DNA of 64,000 nucleotides, from assembly GCA_016213235.1 (NCBI GenBank), contig JACRBE010000055.1, positions 9,936-73,935 on the forward strand, written 5' to 3'. Each line of letters opens with the position of its first letter. Position 1 is the stretch's first letter. Below are positions 26,557 through 36,261 of this stretch, in pieces. Made by a program: the position numbers and the translations under genes. This stretch comes from Chlamydiales bacterium (GTDB lineage: Bacteria; Chlamydiota; Chlamydiia; Chlamydiales; JACRBE01). The notes under the pieces are model-generated. The model saw nothing but the letters and a program-made list of their open reading frames with translations, did no database searches and was not told the DNA's origin.

Positions 26557-27951
26557 TTAATGAGGGGGAGAGGAGAAAAAATGTTTGAACAATTTTTTTT
26601 GCTCGTGATCGAATGCAAATTTTACTTTGCCAACTCCCTTGATTTGCTCCTTATTAGAAATGATAATACTATCAGCACTCATCTCCATTTTGCCATTTTC
26701 TTTTAAAAATAGCACCTTTTCTTGTTCTTTTGCAGATAAGATGAGGATGTCTTTTTCCGGATAATAAGAAATAATATCGCAAATGGCAGTATCAAAAGGA
26801 TAATTATCTTTTTTCAAATAGATTTTGATGTTCCCTTTGCACTCAATTAAGGAGGGGTGAAGTCTCTGATCTTGAAAATAATAATCCATGTGGATGGAAT
26901 CTGCATAAATGGTAAGAGGTCCTTTTCGATAAACGTTTTGTTTATCCATTAAAAAAGAAGAGGTTGGTTTACTGGCAATAAAAGATTGCAATGTTTTGTT
27001 TAGTTTAGAAAATCCAAAACAAGAAAGAGATTCTTCTTCTTTTCCTTCATTTTTTAGTTGAATAGTTGTCGGTCCAAAAGATCTGATTTCTCTGATATAG
27101 GACTTATCCATATGACGCTCGTAATCCACTTCCATTTTTCCATCGGATAAAATGACGCCTAAATCCTCATCTTCCATTTTATTATTGCTTGTAAAAATGA
27201 AAAGATTAGCCAGCTGACTCCAAATAAGAGTGTCTGTATGAAAATTTAATAACTTGTTGCTTTCATTATCACGGATTTTTCCATCTGCTTTTTCCATGAT
27301 GATTTCTTTAAATTTGGTGTTTACTGTAATTTTATCAGAGTTGATACGGTTATCTTGTTGGATTAAGATGCATTTTTCATGCAGTTTGGGAAATAGTTGG
27401 ATAATACCAGATGGTAGAGCATCAGATGAGGGATCATTTAAACGTTGGTAAAAGGCTTTATCGCTATAAAGATCAAAATGATTGGGTAGCGTTAAATGTA
27501 CGTCGTGAAAAGCATTTAAATGGTGGATTTGATATATATCATCGATCTCTTTCAGTATTTTGAATTCTACATCTTTGCAGGAGAGTTCAATGGGAGATTT
27601 CCCATCATCTGTATGGATGATATCTTTATAAACAATGTGCTGATTCCCACTTTTTAAGAAACCTATCAAGTGTTCAAAATCAATGGATGCAAAATCACAG
27701 GATAAAGAAGACTGCTCGTTTAATTTAAGTAAAACATCTTTTTCAAATTCTATTTTTTTTAATTTATCTTTTTCTGTTTGTGTAACTAAGGCAGATTTAG
27801 AATACAGTATTCCAAAAGGATGTGTAATTTGCACAGCACCATCTAGACGGATCAAATGATCTTTCATGGAAACAGTAGAGGATTGAATGGTTATTTTTTC
27901 ACCAAAAAGACAACAAGAGCATAGAGTAAGTAAACAGATAAAACGCTTCAT
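26557..27951 (-). CDS. Secreted or periplasmic protein with an OstA/LptA-like N-terminus (extended).
   Basis: The signal peptide is MKRFICLLTLCSCCLFG. It sits between an LptC-like gene and lptB. The assignment rests on context and N-terminal character only. Confidence 0.5.
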   Translation of the reverse strand: MKRFICLLTLCSCCLFGEKITIQSSTVSMKDHLIRLDGAVQITHPFGILYSKSALVTQTEKDKLKKIEFEKDVLLKLNEQSSLSCDFASIDFEHLIGFLKSGNQHIVYKDIIHTDDGKSPIELSCKDVEFKILKEIDDIYQIHHLNAFHDVHLTLPNHFDLYSDKAFYQRLNDPSSDALPSGIIQLFPKLHEKCILIQQDNRINSDKITVNTKFKEIIMEKADGKIRDNESNKLLNFHTDTLIWSQLANLFIFTSNNKMEDEDLGVILSDGKMEVDYERHMDKSYIREIRSFGPTTIQLKNEGKEEESLSCFGFSKLNKTLQSFIASKPTSSFLMDKQNVYRKGPLTIYADSIHMDYYFQDQRLHPSLIECKGNIKIYLKKDNYPFDTAICDIISYYPEKDILILSAKEQEKVLFLKENGKMEMSADSIIISNKEQIKGVGKVKFAFDHEQKKLFKHFFSSPPH

Positions 27952-28511
27952 TGAATATCCTCCTCAAAAACAGCTTCAAAGTGGCTCGCAAAAAAATCTA
28001 CCTTATTTTCTGTAATGTTGAAAGAGGCTTCTTTTGCTTTTCCTTTAAATAGTAAAAGAGAAGGCTGGATTTCTTTAACAAGCTCGATGCCATTTTGTTC
28101 ATACATAGCAAGAAGGACGTCTTGTATGTGTAGCTCATGCTGTTTATAGAAATACATGCCATGCGTTGATTTGAAATAACGTATCTTTTGATGAGGAGGT
28201 GAGAGAAATACTTTGTCTTGCATCCAGCATCTAATGTGGTCCATGTTTTCAATGACTTCAAGACCATGCTTTCCGGGAATAATGGTTAAGGTAGAGGATA
28301 GATTTTCTAAATGATGATGTAATCGACTCCCATCTTCAACCGTCCATAAATCTTTTGTCCCCATTGATCTTTTTTGATGGCAAACTTGGGCTTCAACGGT
28401 GGGATGAGCAGACAAAATATCATCTGGTTTTATGCAAAAAATCAACGTCATAGTAATAAGAGAAAACATCATAAGAAGGTATTTTGCATATTTTTCTACT
28501 TGATATAGCAT
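27948..28511 (-). CDS. Membrane-anchored protein, possibly LptC-like.
   Basis: It has a single N-terminal TM (YLLMMFSLITMTLIFCI). Its position in the kdsA-(lptC)-(lptA)-lptB order is the only support. Confidence 0.35.
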   Translation of the reverse strand: MLYQVEKYAKYLLMMFSLITMTLIFCIKPDDILSAHPTVEAQVCHQKRSMGTKDLWTVEDGSRLHHHLENLSSTLTIIPGKHGLEVIENMDHIRCWMQDKVFLSPPHQKIRYFKSTHGMYFYKQHELHIQDVLLAMYEQNGIELVKEIQPSLLLFKGKAKEASFNITENKVDFFASHFEAVFEEDIQ

Positions 28512-28514
28512 AGA

Positions 28515-29324
28515 TTATCTTGTTAATTCATAAATCTTGATCAGAACAGGCAACATTTTTTCAAGTTCAGAAAAAGGTATTTGACATTTAGCATCGCTTT
28601 TTGCCTCTTCCGGTTTGTTATGTGCTTCCATAAATAATAAATCTGCACCTGCTGCAAGAGCTGCTTTTGCAAGCGTGAATATATGCTCCCGTTCTCCTGA
28701 AGAAGAAGTAACATCACCACCGGGAAGCTGTACAGAGTGTGTAGCATCAAAACAAACAGGGAACCCAAATTTTTTCATGATAGGAAATGCTCTCATGTCT
28801 GTAACAAGATTATTATAACCAAAGGTATAGCCCCGCTCTGTTACTATAATCTGGTTATTGCCAGATTCTACTATCTTGTCTACAACGTTTTTCATGTCCC
28901 ATGAGGCTACAAATTGCCCTTTTTTGACATTCACCACTTTATTTGTATTAGCGCAGGCAATGAGTAAATCGGTTTGTCTACATAAAAAAGCAGGTACCTG
29001 GATGACATCACAAACAGAAGCTGCCATGGCAGCATCTTGTGGAGAGTGAACATCTGTAAGTATTGGTAAATCAAAGTTTTTCTTTACTTCTGCAAGGATG
29101 GTTAGTCCGGTTTCTATACCAAGGCCTCTAAAGGAATGGATCGAAGATCTATTTGCTTTGTCATAACTGGATTTGTAAATTAGTTGAATACCATATTTTT
29201 CCGTAAGTTTTTTTAGAAACTCTGCAGCATAAAGTGCTTTATCTCTACTTTCAATAACACAGGGACCGCTAATGAGAGTTAAAGGATGATTGGAACTAAT
29301 GGTTACATTTTTGACTTTCAACAT
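28515..29324 (-). CDS. kdsA: 2-dehydro-3-deoxyphosphooctonate aldolase (KDO-8-P synthase).
   Basis: 269 aa with GPCVIES, KSSYDKANRSS and FDATHSVQLPGG. Confidence 0.95.
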   Translation of the reverse strand: MLKVKNVTISSNHPLTLISGPCVIESRDKALYAAEFLKKLTEKYGIQLIYKSSYDKANRSSIHSFRGLGIETGLTILAEVKKNFDLPILTDVHSPQDAAMAASVCDVIQVPAFLCRQTDLLIACANTNKVVNVKKGQFVASWDMKNVVDKIVESGNNQIIVTERGYTFGYNNLVTDMRAFPIMKKFGFPVCFDATHSVQLPGGDVTSSSGEREHIFTLAKAALAAGADLLFMEAHNKPEEAKSDAKCQIPFSELEKMLPVLIKIYELTR

Positions 29325-29961
29325 GACGATATATATCCTTTAGGTAATAAATTCCAGGAGATTGTTTGTTTAAAAAACTAGCTGCTATTAAAGCTCCCTT
29401 GGCAAACGCTTCTCTACTTGTTGCGCAGTGAGAAATCTCTATTTTTTCATGATCAAAAGAGAAAATAAGGCGATGCTCCCCGATCTCTCCCGGATGACGA
29501 ATACTATGAATCTCTACGATAGATTCTGGAGATAGTAGTAAGATCTGCTGTTTTAAAAAAAGAGCAGTGCCGCTAGGCGCATCTTTTTTTTTCTCATGGT
29601 GCTTTTCTATAATATCAACATACCCTTTTCCATACTGCATAAATAATAGTTTCAAAAAATGTTGTATAACTAACATGCCGGGAGAAAAATTAGGAGAGAC
29701 TAGGATGGGAATGGATGTAGCTGTTTGCTTTATGGTTTCTAGCTCTTCGTTAGTGTGTCCTGTTGTTCCAATAACAAGAGGAATATTATTCTCTACGCAA
29801 AAAAGTAGCATTTTTTTTGTCCCAGCAGGAGATGTTACGTCAATAATAACATCCGATTGCTTTAATGGAGTAATATCGACAAATGATCGATCTTTTGCGC
29901 AGCTTATAATACAGGATCCTAAACGACCATGCTGTCCATGAACGGCTATTTTTAGAGTCAT
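29296..29961 (-). CDS. dapB: 4-hydroxy-tetrahydrodipicolinate reductase.
   Basis: Motifs KIAVHGQHGRLG, PNFSPG and EKHHEKKKDAPSGTA. The start was set to ATG 29961 (SD agggaggg). The track ORF extension to 30186 runs across tRNA-Arg. Confidence 0.85.
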   Translation of the reverse strand: MTLKIAVHGQHGRLGSCIISCAKDRSFVDITPLKQSDVIIDVTSPAGTKKMLLFCVENNIPLVIGTTGHTNEELETIKQTATSIPILVSPNFSPGMLVIQHFLKLLFMQYGKGYVDIIEKHHEKKKDAPSGTALFLKQQILLLSPESIVEIHSIRHPGEIGEHRLIFSFDHEKIEISHCATSREAFAKGALIAASFLNKQSPGIYYLKDIYRHVESQKCNH

Positions 29962-30060
29962 TTTCCCTCCCTTTTTGCGAGATATTAACAAAAGTATTTT
30001 GTTTTTGGAACGAAAAAAGTTGCATTTCTTAATATTTATAGTTAAAATCTCACGACGTTT

Positions 30061-30133
30061 GGATTGATAGCTCAGAGGATAGAGCATCCGCCTTCTAAGC
30101 GGATGGTCGCAGGTTCGAGTCCTGCTCAATCCG
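30061..30133 (+). tRNA. tRNA-Arg (anticodon TCT).
   Basis: The sequence is GGATTGATAGCTCAGAGGATAGAGCATCCGCCTTCTAAGCGGATGGTCGCAGGTTCGAGTCCTGCTCAATCCG, with anticodon loop CTTCTAA. Confidence 0.9.
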
Positions 30134-30165
30134 TTTCTTTTTTTAACACCATTTGAGTTGTGTAA

Positions 30166-32772
30166 ATGCGAAAAGATAAGGATCAATTACTAATTGGAGA
30201 TATCGAGTTTCAGCCTTATCGATTTCCACAACTTGACCAAATTATCCTTGAATTATCTCAAAAAAAATTCCCTAATCTTATCCAAAAACAATATACAGTA
30301 TCAAAACAGTTGTATGAGGTAATTAGCGGGGATGATTCAAAAAGATTTTTACTTCCTGCTGTTGTGCATTTTATCGAACAAATCGATATAAGAAATATAG
30401 TTCCCTCTTATAATTTTTCTCTCTTTGAATTTTGGCTCAATCAGCATGCCAACTTATCTCAGGAAGAGCAGCTAAAGGTCCGTGGTAAAATTATGGGTAA
30501 GTACATTCCTCGGAATGATTACCAGGTTGTATTCCCGATAGGCTCTGGAAAAACATATCATGGGACACATTTTGTTACAGCACATGGCTCTCCGGATATT
30601 GATACCATTGTTTCTACTTTTTGGGGATGGGTTGATGCATTTGCTTCAAGAGTCTCTAGCGGATTTCATACCTGGAATATACCAGATGGCCCACCATCAT
30701 CTGTAGTAGAAATCGATTTGTTGTTTTATCAAGTTTTTGGCCCTAATGTTTTCCATTACCTTGCAAAAAACAGAAATACACTAGCAGTCACTTCCATGGA
30801 TTTAATGACTCAATCCGGCGTTATCCAAAAACTTCCTCATGAATTTACCTTTGATATTGATCACGAAAGAAGCAAAACGGCTGTTGTTGTTGTGGATGCC
30901 GAGGGCTCTTATCTTGGAGATTGGAGACATATGGATGTCGAAGGCGTTAGGCAAGTAGTGAATGTGTTTAGCATTTGTCTGCGCTGGATAGAAAATGATT
31001 TGCATGTTCATTTGATATCGCTTTTCTCTTTGGAAAAGGTTACTTTAAATAAAATCAGTGAAGAAATAGATTGTTTATTTTCTAAAAAAATCATCGAGAC
31101 AGAACCTGCAAAAGAGTTTACCTTTAGACAGCAAAAACAATTGCAATTGTTTTTGGAAATTGTATTGCAATTACCCCATGGACTTGAAGCTACGTTCAAA
31201 GATTTTTTAAAAATGCTCGAACAAAAAGATATTGGAGATTCCGTAGCGTTTGTTAAAGCATTAGAAAAACTAAAAAGCAAAGAATTATTCGATGCTTCCC
31301 ATCATCTAATAGAAAATAGACCTCGCATTTTTTCTTACTTGCAACAAGTATTTGTTAAATTATCTCAACTATTTTTAAGTGTAAGAAATTATATTGATAC
31401 CCTTGATATGTCTATGCAAATCAAGACAAAGGTATTTAAGCATAACCCCTATTTTTTGTCTTATCGGGCAGACATTGATGAGGTAAAAGCAAAAATAGAT
31501 TCTTATCCTTATTTGACGGTAAACATATCAGATTATGAGGGAGAATTATTCCCGATGGGAGTGATTTATGCTTCTGATTTATATCAAGATAAATTGGGCA
31601 CGGTCAGCTTGCGAGATTTTTGTAATAGAGAAGAAACAAAAATCCCTTCCTACTTAGAGATAATCAGTGTAATTGACCATCATAAATCTTCTCTACATAC
31701 GCTATCAGCTGCACAAGTTACTATTGCAGATGCACAATCTTCGAATGTCCTGGCTGCTAAACTAAGCTTTGCTATGCATGATTCTTACAGCCTTGGAAAT
31801 ATGCAAGAAAAAGAGATAGATGAACAACTGGAAAGATTAAAAAAAGAACCTCTTACTTCTATTAATGGGCGTATATGGCAACGATTACTTCAAAAAAAGA
31901 TGATCTTTTCCAGATTGGGAGAATATTTTCTTTCTCCTGAAAGAGAGTGCTTAGAATATAAACATTATTTACATGCTATTTTTGATGATACTGATTTACT
32001 AACAAAAATGACTCCTCTTGATGTAGAAGTAGTAAAAGACTTGCTGAATCGTTTGAAGTCATTGCAACAGTGCAAAGAAGTAGAGGCCCTTGATTTTGAT
32101 GATATCTCAAACGATGAAAATTTTGTTAAAAAGGCATCAAAACGTCTTGTTCAAAGTAAAGAATTATATTCTCTATATTCTAAAGTATATCAAAAAAGAG
32201 AGCAGATTATTGCTCAAGAAATCGAGAAGTGTGTACAGAGCGGTCAATCCAATATATTTGCAGATTCTAAAGTGCAAAATGGTTGTGCAAGAGTAGGTCA
32301 AACGAAACTTTTTGAGAAAAATATTGCACTATTTCATCAATATGCAGACCAAATCAGACAGATTTGGTTGAGTAAATCTACACAATTTCATAAAGAACAA
32401 TCCTTGGTGGAACTTTATTTTCATATGGTTTCTACTATCGCGGGAGCGGAAGATTTATATCAGGGAAAAACCGCTGATTATAAACATAGAGATGAGCTGT
32501 GGGTATATATTCCTTTTGCAGAATCTGCAACGCAGCTATTAAAACTCTTTTTAACAGCTTTTCAAACGTGTCCTTCCTTAGATCTAAAAAATATGGAAAT
32601 CGAGTTTTTGGGTGATAATGCAAATGAACTAATGCAAATCTTTAAGGAGAGCTTTATTGAAGTTCCTATGAAGGTTGTCTATCAAGGATTACCGATGGCT
32701 ATCATTTACTATAAAGCTGGTTCGATGAACTCAAGAAAAACACAGATCTCACCTTATCTTCCCGGTAAATAA
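30166..32772 (+). CDS. Large DHH/DHHA2-family phosphoesterase-like protein.
   Basis: DHH motifs are HGSPDIDT, VIDHH and FDDTDLLT. The DHHA2-like segment is ADSKVQNGCARVGQTKLFE. At 868 aa it is much longer than canonical family II pyrophosphatases. Confidence 0.5.
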   Translation: MRKDKDQLLIGDIEFQPYRFPQLDQIILELSQKKFPNLIQKQYTVSKQLYEVISGDDSKRFLLPAVVHFIEQIDIRNIVPSYNFSLFEFWLNQHANLSQEEQLKVRGKIMGKYIPRNDYQVVFPIGSGKTYHGTHFVTAHGSPDIDTIVSTFWGWVDAFASRVSSGFHTWNIPDGPPSSVVEIDLLFYQVFGPNVFHYLAKNRNTLAVTSMDLMTQSGVIQKLPHEFTFDIDHERSKTAVVVVDAEGSYLGDWRHMDVEGVRQVVNVFSICLRWIENDLHVHLISLFSLEKVTLNKISEEIDCLFSKKIIETEPAKEFTFRQQKQLQLFLEIVLQLPHGLEATFKDFLKMLEQKDIGDSVAFVKALEKLKSKELFDASHHLIENRPRIFSYLQQVFVKLSQLFLSVRNYIDTLDMSMQIKTKVFKHNPYFLSYRADIDEVKAKIDSYPYLTVNISDYEGELFPMGVIYASDLYQDKLGTVSLRDFCNREETKIPSYLEIISVIDHHKSSLHTLSAAQVTIADAQSSNVLAAKLSFAMHDSYSLGNMQEKEIDEQLERLKKEPLTSINGRIWQRLLQKKMIFSRLGEYFLSPERECLEYKHYLHAIFDDTDLLTKMTPLDVEVVKDLLNRLKSLQQCKEVEALDFDDISNDENFVKKASKRLVQSKELYSLYSKVYQKREQIIAQEIEKCVQSGQSNIFADSKVQNGCARVGQTKLFEKNIALFHQYADQIRQIWLSKSTQFHKEQSLVELYFHMVSTIAGAEDLYQGKTADYKHRDELWVYIPFAESATQLLKLFLTAFQTCPSLDLKNMEIEFLGDNANELMQIFKESFIEVPMKVVYQGLPMAIIYYKAGSMNSRKTQISPYLPGK

Positions 32773-32843
32773 AAAGTCCAAGTAATGCAGCCACTACTTG
32801 GACAGTAAGAAGAACGTTGTTCTCAGAAACAAACAATCATCAA

Positions 32844-33101
32844 TTAAGACGGAGATCTACTTTGAGATTCATCTTCAATGATTTCAAGACTGACTCGTAT
32901 ACCATTACGGCTTGCAACAGACATTAGTAATGTACGAATAGCATTAATTGTTTTTCCTTTTTTACCGATAATTTTTCCAATATCGGATTTTTCCACGCTA
33001 AGTTCGACAATTAAAGATTGGCTTCCACCAATTTCATTAATTTTTACCTTATCAGGATTATCAACTAAGTTCTTAACGATGTATTCTACGAATTCTTTCA
33101 T
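32844..33101 (-). CDS. KH-domain RNA-binding protein (UPF0109/KhpA-like).
   Basis: 85 aa with IGKIIGKKGKTINAIR (GxxG loop). Confidence 0.85.
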   Translation of the reverse strand: MKEFVEYIVKNLVDNPDKVKINEIGGSQSLIVELSVEKSDIGKIIGKKGKTINAIRTLLMSVASRNGIRVSLEIIEDESQSRSPS

Positions 33102-33188
33102 AATCCGGTCCTTTTATTTTTCGCAAAAGCCTAGAAGTTGCTGTGTGAGTTCTCACATCATCAACTAAATTTATAATATAAAAAAATA

Positions 33189-34097
33189 TTAATCTACTAA
33201 ATTATACCAATTTGGTAAAGAAGAGGAAAGAGTTAAATTTTTTTTTGTTATTGGATGGGGGAATATAATCTGGTAACTATGAAGTAATTGCTGAAAAAAT
33301 TGATGCTTTTGATTCCATTTATCAAGGCCATAAGTCGTGTCTCCTAAAATAGGGTGGCCGGTATGTTTTAAATGAACTCTAATTTGATGTGTTCTTCCTG
33401 TTACTGGTTTTGCTTCTATTAAAGAGAGTTGTCCATTAGATCGAATAATTTTTATGTCTGTAATAGCCTCTTTACCATCAGGCTGTATAGACATTTCTTT
33501 ACGTTTTATAGGGTGTCTACCAATAGGAGCATGAATGATTCCTTCTATTGGTTTGCCAATACAGATAGCCAGATAAGTTTTTTTTACTTCTCTTTTGGCA
33601 AAGCTTTTTACTAGTTCTTGATGGGCCTTAGTAGTTTTTGCACTCATCATGATGCCGGAAGTATCTTTATCCAGGCGGTGTACGATACCAGGGCGCAGCT
33701 CATTTTCTTGAAAATCTAAGGTTTGACAGTGATGGAGTAGTGCATTAACGAAGGTATTATCTACATGTCCCGGCGCTGGATGGACGACCATTCCCTGTGG
33801 CTTATTAATCACAAGGATGTGCTCATCTTCATAAATGATATCCAGAGGAATTTCTTGCGCTTTTAAGCTGATTTCCGGCATTGCTAAAAAGTTAACGGAA
33901 ATAGTGTCATTTACTTTGATTTTCTCCCGTTTTTTTAAAACGGTCCCATTTACTTTTACAGCCTGTTGCTCAATGAGATATTGAAAATATGTTCTCGAGT
34001 GCTGTTGGAAAATAGAAGATAGGGCCTGATCTAGCCTGAGTCCACAAATAGAGGGATCTGCTACAATCGTTTGTATATCAAGTTGCTTCAATTTCAC
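33189..34097 (-). CDS. rluD: RluA/RluD-family 23S rRNA pseudouridine synthase.
   Basis: It has an S4-like N-terminus, the HRLDKDTSG catalytic motif and GRTHQIRVH. Confidence 0.9.
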   Translation of the reverse strand: MKLKQLDIQTIVADPSICGLRLDQALSSIFQQHSRTYFQYLIEQQAVKVNGTVLKKREKIKVNDTISVNFLAMPEISLKAQEIPLDIIYEDEHILVINKPQGMVVHPAPGHVDNTFVNALLHHCQTLDFQENELRPGIVHRLDKDTSGIMMSAKTTKAHQELVKSFAKREVKKTYLAICIGKPIEGIIHAPIGRHPIKRKEMSIQPDGKEAITDIKIIRSNGQLSLIEAKPVTGRTHQIRVHLKHTGHPILGDTTYGLDKWNQKHQFFQQLLHSYQIIFPHPITKKNLTLSSSLPNWYNLVD

Positions 34098-34347
34098 CAG
34101 TTGTTTCTGCTTGTTTCATTTTTTCTGCTGCAGCATGGGCTTTGCTTTGCTCTTGTTGGATTTGGCTATTAATCATGCTGCAAAGGGTTGCTTGGAACTT
34201 TTTCCATCCCTCTGGGCCTAAATAACCTTCTATCCACTGTTGCAGAGATTGACCCTTTTTCCCATAACTGGGTTTTCCTGTTACTCCCGGGAACATATCA
34301 GGAAATCCTGGCGGTAAACCGCTACCTGGACCGCTTACATTAGACAT
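34078..34347 (-). CDS. Hypothetical small protein.
   Basis: 89 aa with a G/P-rich N-terminus. It overlaps the rluD start by 20 nt. No motif was recognised. Confidence 0.5.
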   Translation of the reverse strand: MSNVSGPGSGLPPGFPDMFPGVTGKPSYGKKGQSLQQWIEGYLGPEGWKKFQATLCSMINSQIQQEQSKAHAAAEKMKQAETTGEIEAT

Positions 34348-34419
34348 GATAATACCTCTTTATTTCGATCTTGAAAAGGCGTATATTTTTTTTAATACGT
34401 ATATTTTGTTGTGTAGCAT

Positions 34420-35016
34420 ATGATAGATGTTTTGATACACGAAAATGTTGTGAATCTTTCGATTGGATTATCAAAATCCCACATGCTTTATTTGCCATAT
34501 TATAAAAAAAATCAAAAAAAAATTCATCATATCAAGCAAGAAGATCAGTTGTCAGAAATCATTGGTCTTATTGAATATCAAGAGGGTATTGCCTATAGCA
34601 TTGCTCTTTTGGCAAGGAGGGCCTACACTACCTTTGAGATGAAAAAAAAATTGTCTGCTCGTATTTTTTCTTCTCCTATTATCGATGAGATTATCCATGA
34701 ATTATCAGATAAAAAATACTTGAATGATGAAGAAAACATAGGGTGTTTTTTGCGCTATTTCATCAAAAAAGGATATGGTCCTTTATATATGCAGCAAAAA
34801 CTAAAAGAAAAATTTAACAAAAATTTTTCTATGAAAGATATCGACCCTTTTTTTTCAAAAGAAGAGCAACAAGAGGTCCTATTGCGAATCATCAAAAAAA
34901 AGATCGGCACAAAAGACAAAACCGATAAAAAAGTGATGTGTGCTCTATACCGTTATTTACAATCTAAAGGCTTTGAACTAGAACTCATTATAAAAGTCTA
35001 TAAGCAGTTTTTCTAA
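34420..35016 (+). CDS. recX: RecX-like regulatory protein.
   Basis: It has repeated three-helix units (ALLARRAYTTFEMKKKL; RYFIKKGYGPLYMQQKL; ALYRYLQSKGFELELI). The start codon is uncertain. Confidence 0.7.
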   Translation: MIDVLIHENVVNLSIGLSKSHMLYLPYYKKNQKKIHHIKQEDQLSEIIGLIEYQEGIAYSIALLARRAYTTFEMKKKLSARIFSSPIIDEIIHELSDKKYLNDEENIGCFLRYFIKKGYGPLYMQQKLKEKFNKNFSMKDIDPFFSKEEQQEVLLRIIKKKIGTKDKTDKKVMCALYRYLQSKGFELELIIKVYKQFF

Positions 35017-35082
35017 AGTATTATTTGCAATTTTATCCGTTATTTTTTTATACATAAGGATTTATAATAAATTGTTATAGTT

Positions 35083-36093
35083 ATGCAAATTGGTGTCCTA
35101 GGAGTAAATTTTAAAACATCGTCATTGATCAATCGTGAAAGTCTTGCAATAAAAATTGATCAACTGAAATATGAAGAAGCTTTTTGTGGCTGTGTGGTGT
35201 TATCTACTTGCAATCGCTTGGAAGTCTATTTTTCCATGGAAGATTTAGCAGAAAAGCAATCAATTCTTATGGAGCATATGTTGCTGCAGATCAATCCAGA
35301 TATAGGACAAGAATTTTATACTTTTTTCTCTTTTGAGTGTTTTTATCATCTAGCTAAAGTAACATCGGGACTAGATAGTGCTATTTTTGGAGAGAGTGAA
35401 ATCCAAAGACAGGTGAAGCAAGCTTATGAAGAGGCAACAACAAGATTTCATCTTACGAAGGAATTACATTATCTTTTTCAAAAAGCATTGAATATCGGTA
35501 AGTCTATTCGCCATCTTGGAGTAGAACAAGCACAGCACAGCTCGTTGGAATCTGTGATTTATAATATTATCCACAATGAAATAGGAAAAAAAGAAATATC
35601 TTGTTTATTTATTGGCAATTCGCAAATTAATCGAAGGATTCTTCGTTTTTTTGTAAAACGCAATCATATTAATATTACGCTTTGTTCAAAAAACAAGCCA
35701 AATTTAACAGGTGTAGAATGGAGCAATATCGAGTATCTTTCAAGAGAGCATTTATGTGATCTGCGACATTTTTCTGTTATTATTGCAGCTACTAGTGAAA
35801 AACAGCATATTATTAATCTTAACCATATTCATACTGCAACGGATTCCCTTCTTCTTTTTGATCTAGGGCTTCCCCGTAACATATCGCCTGATGTTGCTGA
35901 TGCCAGTGATGTTAAATTGTTTGATCTAGAAACACTGCAATGTCATATTCGTGCAAATGAAAAGGTCTCTTTATTAATGAGAAAACGGTTTGAGCATACA
36001 GCATTAGAATCCGTAGAAAGGCTATTTAAAAGATATAGCACTTATCAGAAAATGGAGATAATCCATGCCGATGATTGGATTAGACATGCTTGA
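35083..36093 (+). CDS. hemA: Glutamyl-tRNA reductase.
   Basis: Motifs VLSTCNRLEVY and GESEIQRQVK. Confidence 0.9.
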   Translation: MQIGVLGVNFKTSSLINRESLAIKIDQLKYEEAFCGCVVLSTCNRLEVYFSMEDLAEKQSILMEHMLLQINPDIGQEFYTFFSFECFYHLAKVTSGLDSAIFGESEIQRQVKQAYEEATTRFHLTKELHYLFQKALNIGKSIRHLGVEQAQHSSLESVIYNIIHNEIGKKEISCLFIGNSQINRRILRFFVKRNHINITLCSKNKPNLTGVEWSNIEYLSREHLCDLRHFSVIIAATSEKQHIINLNHIHTATDSLLLFDLGLPRNISPDVADASDVKLFDLETLQCHIRANEKVSLLMRKRFEHTALESVERLFKRYSTYQKMEIIHADDWIRHA

Positions 36094-36261
36094 GCCCCTT
36101 GATGGTGAGAAGTTTTTTGTCCCGGTTTCTCCGATGTTGTTTCCTGGCTTTGAAGCGGATCAAAAAAAGCTAAATATCACTTCATGCAAACCGGGATGTT
36201 ACTGGGTGTCAGAGATAATTACAGGCCACAGTCTTGCGCTGTAGGTAATTGATCTTAAGTA

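Noticed and set aside
29962-30186. The N-terminal 75 codons of track ORF 29296..30186 (the dapB extension).
   Set aside because: The extension runs antisense across tRNA-Arg(TCT) (30061-30133). DapB motifs begin right after the internal ATG at 29961, which has a strong SD.
36065-36244. A 59-aa ORF (MPMIGLDMLEPLDGEKFFVPVSP...) overlapping the hemA stop.
   Set aside because: It has no SD and no recognisable motif. It is below the track threshold and fills the hemA-kinase spacer. The evidence is insufficient.
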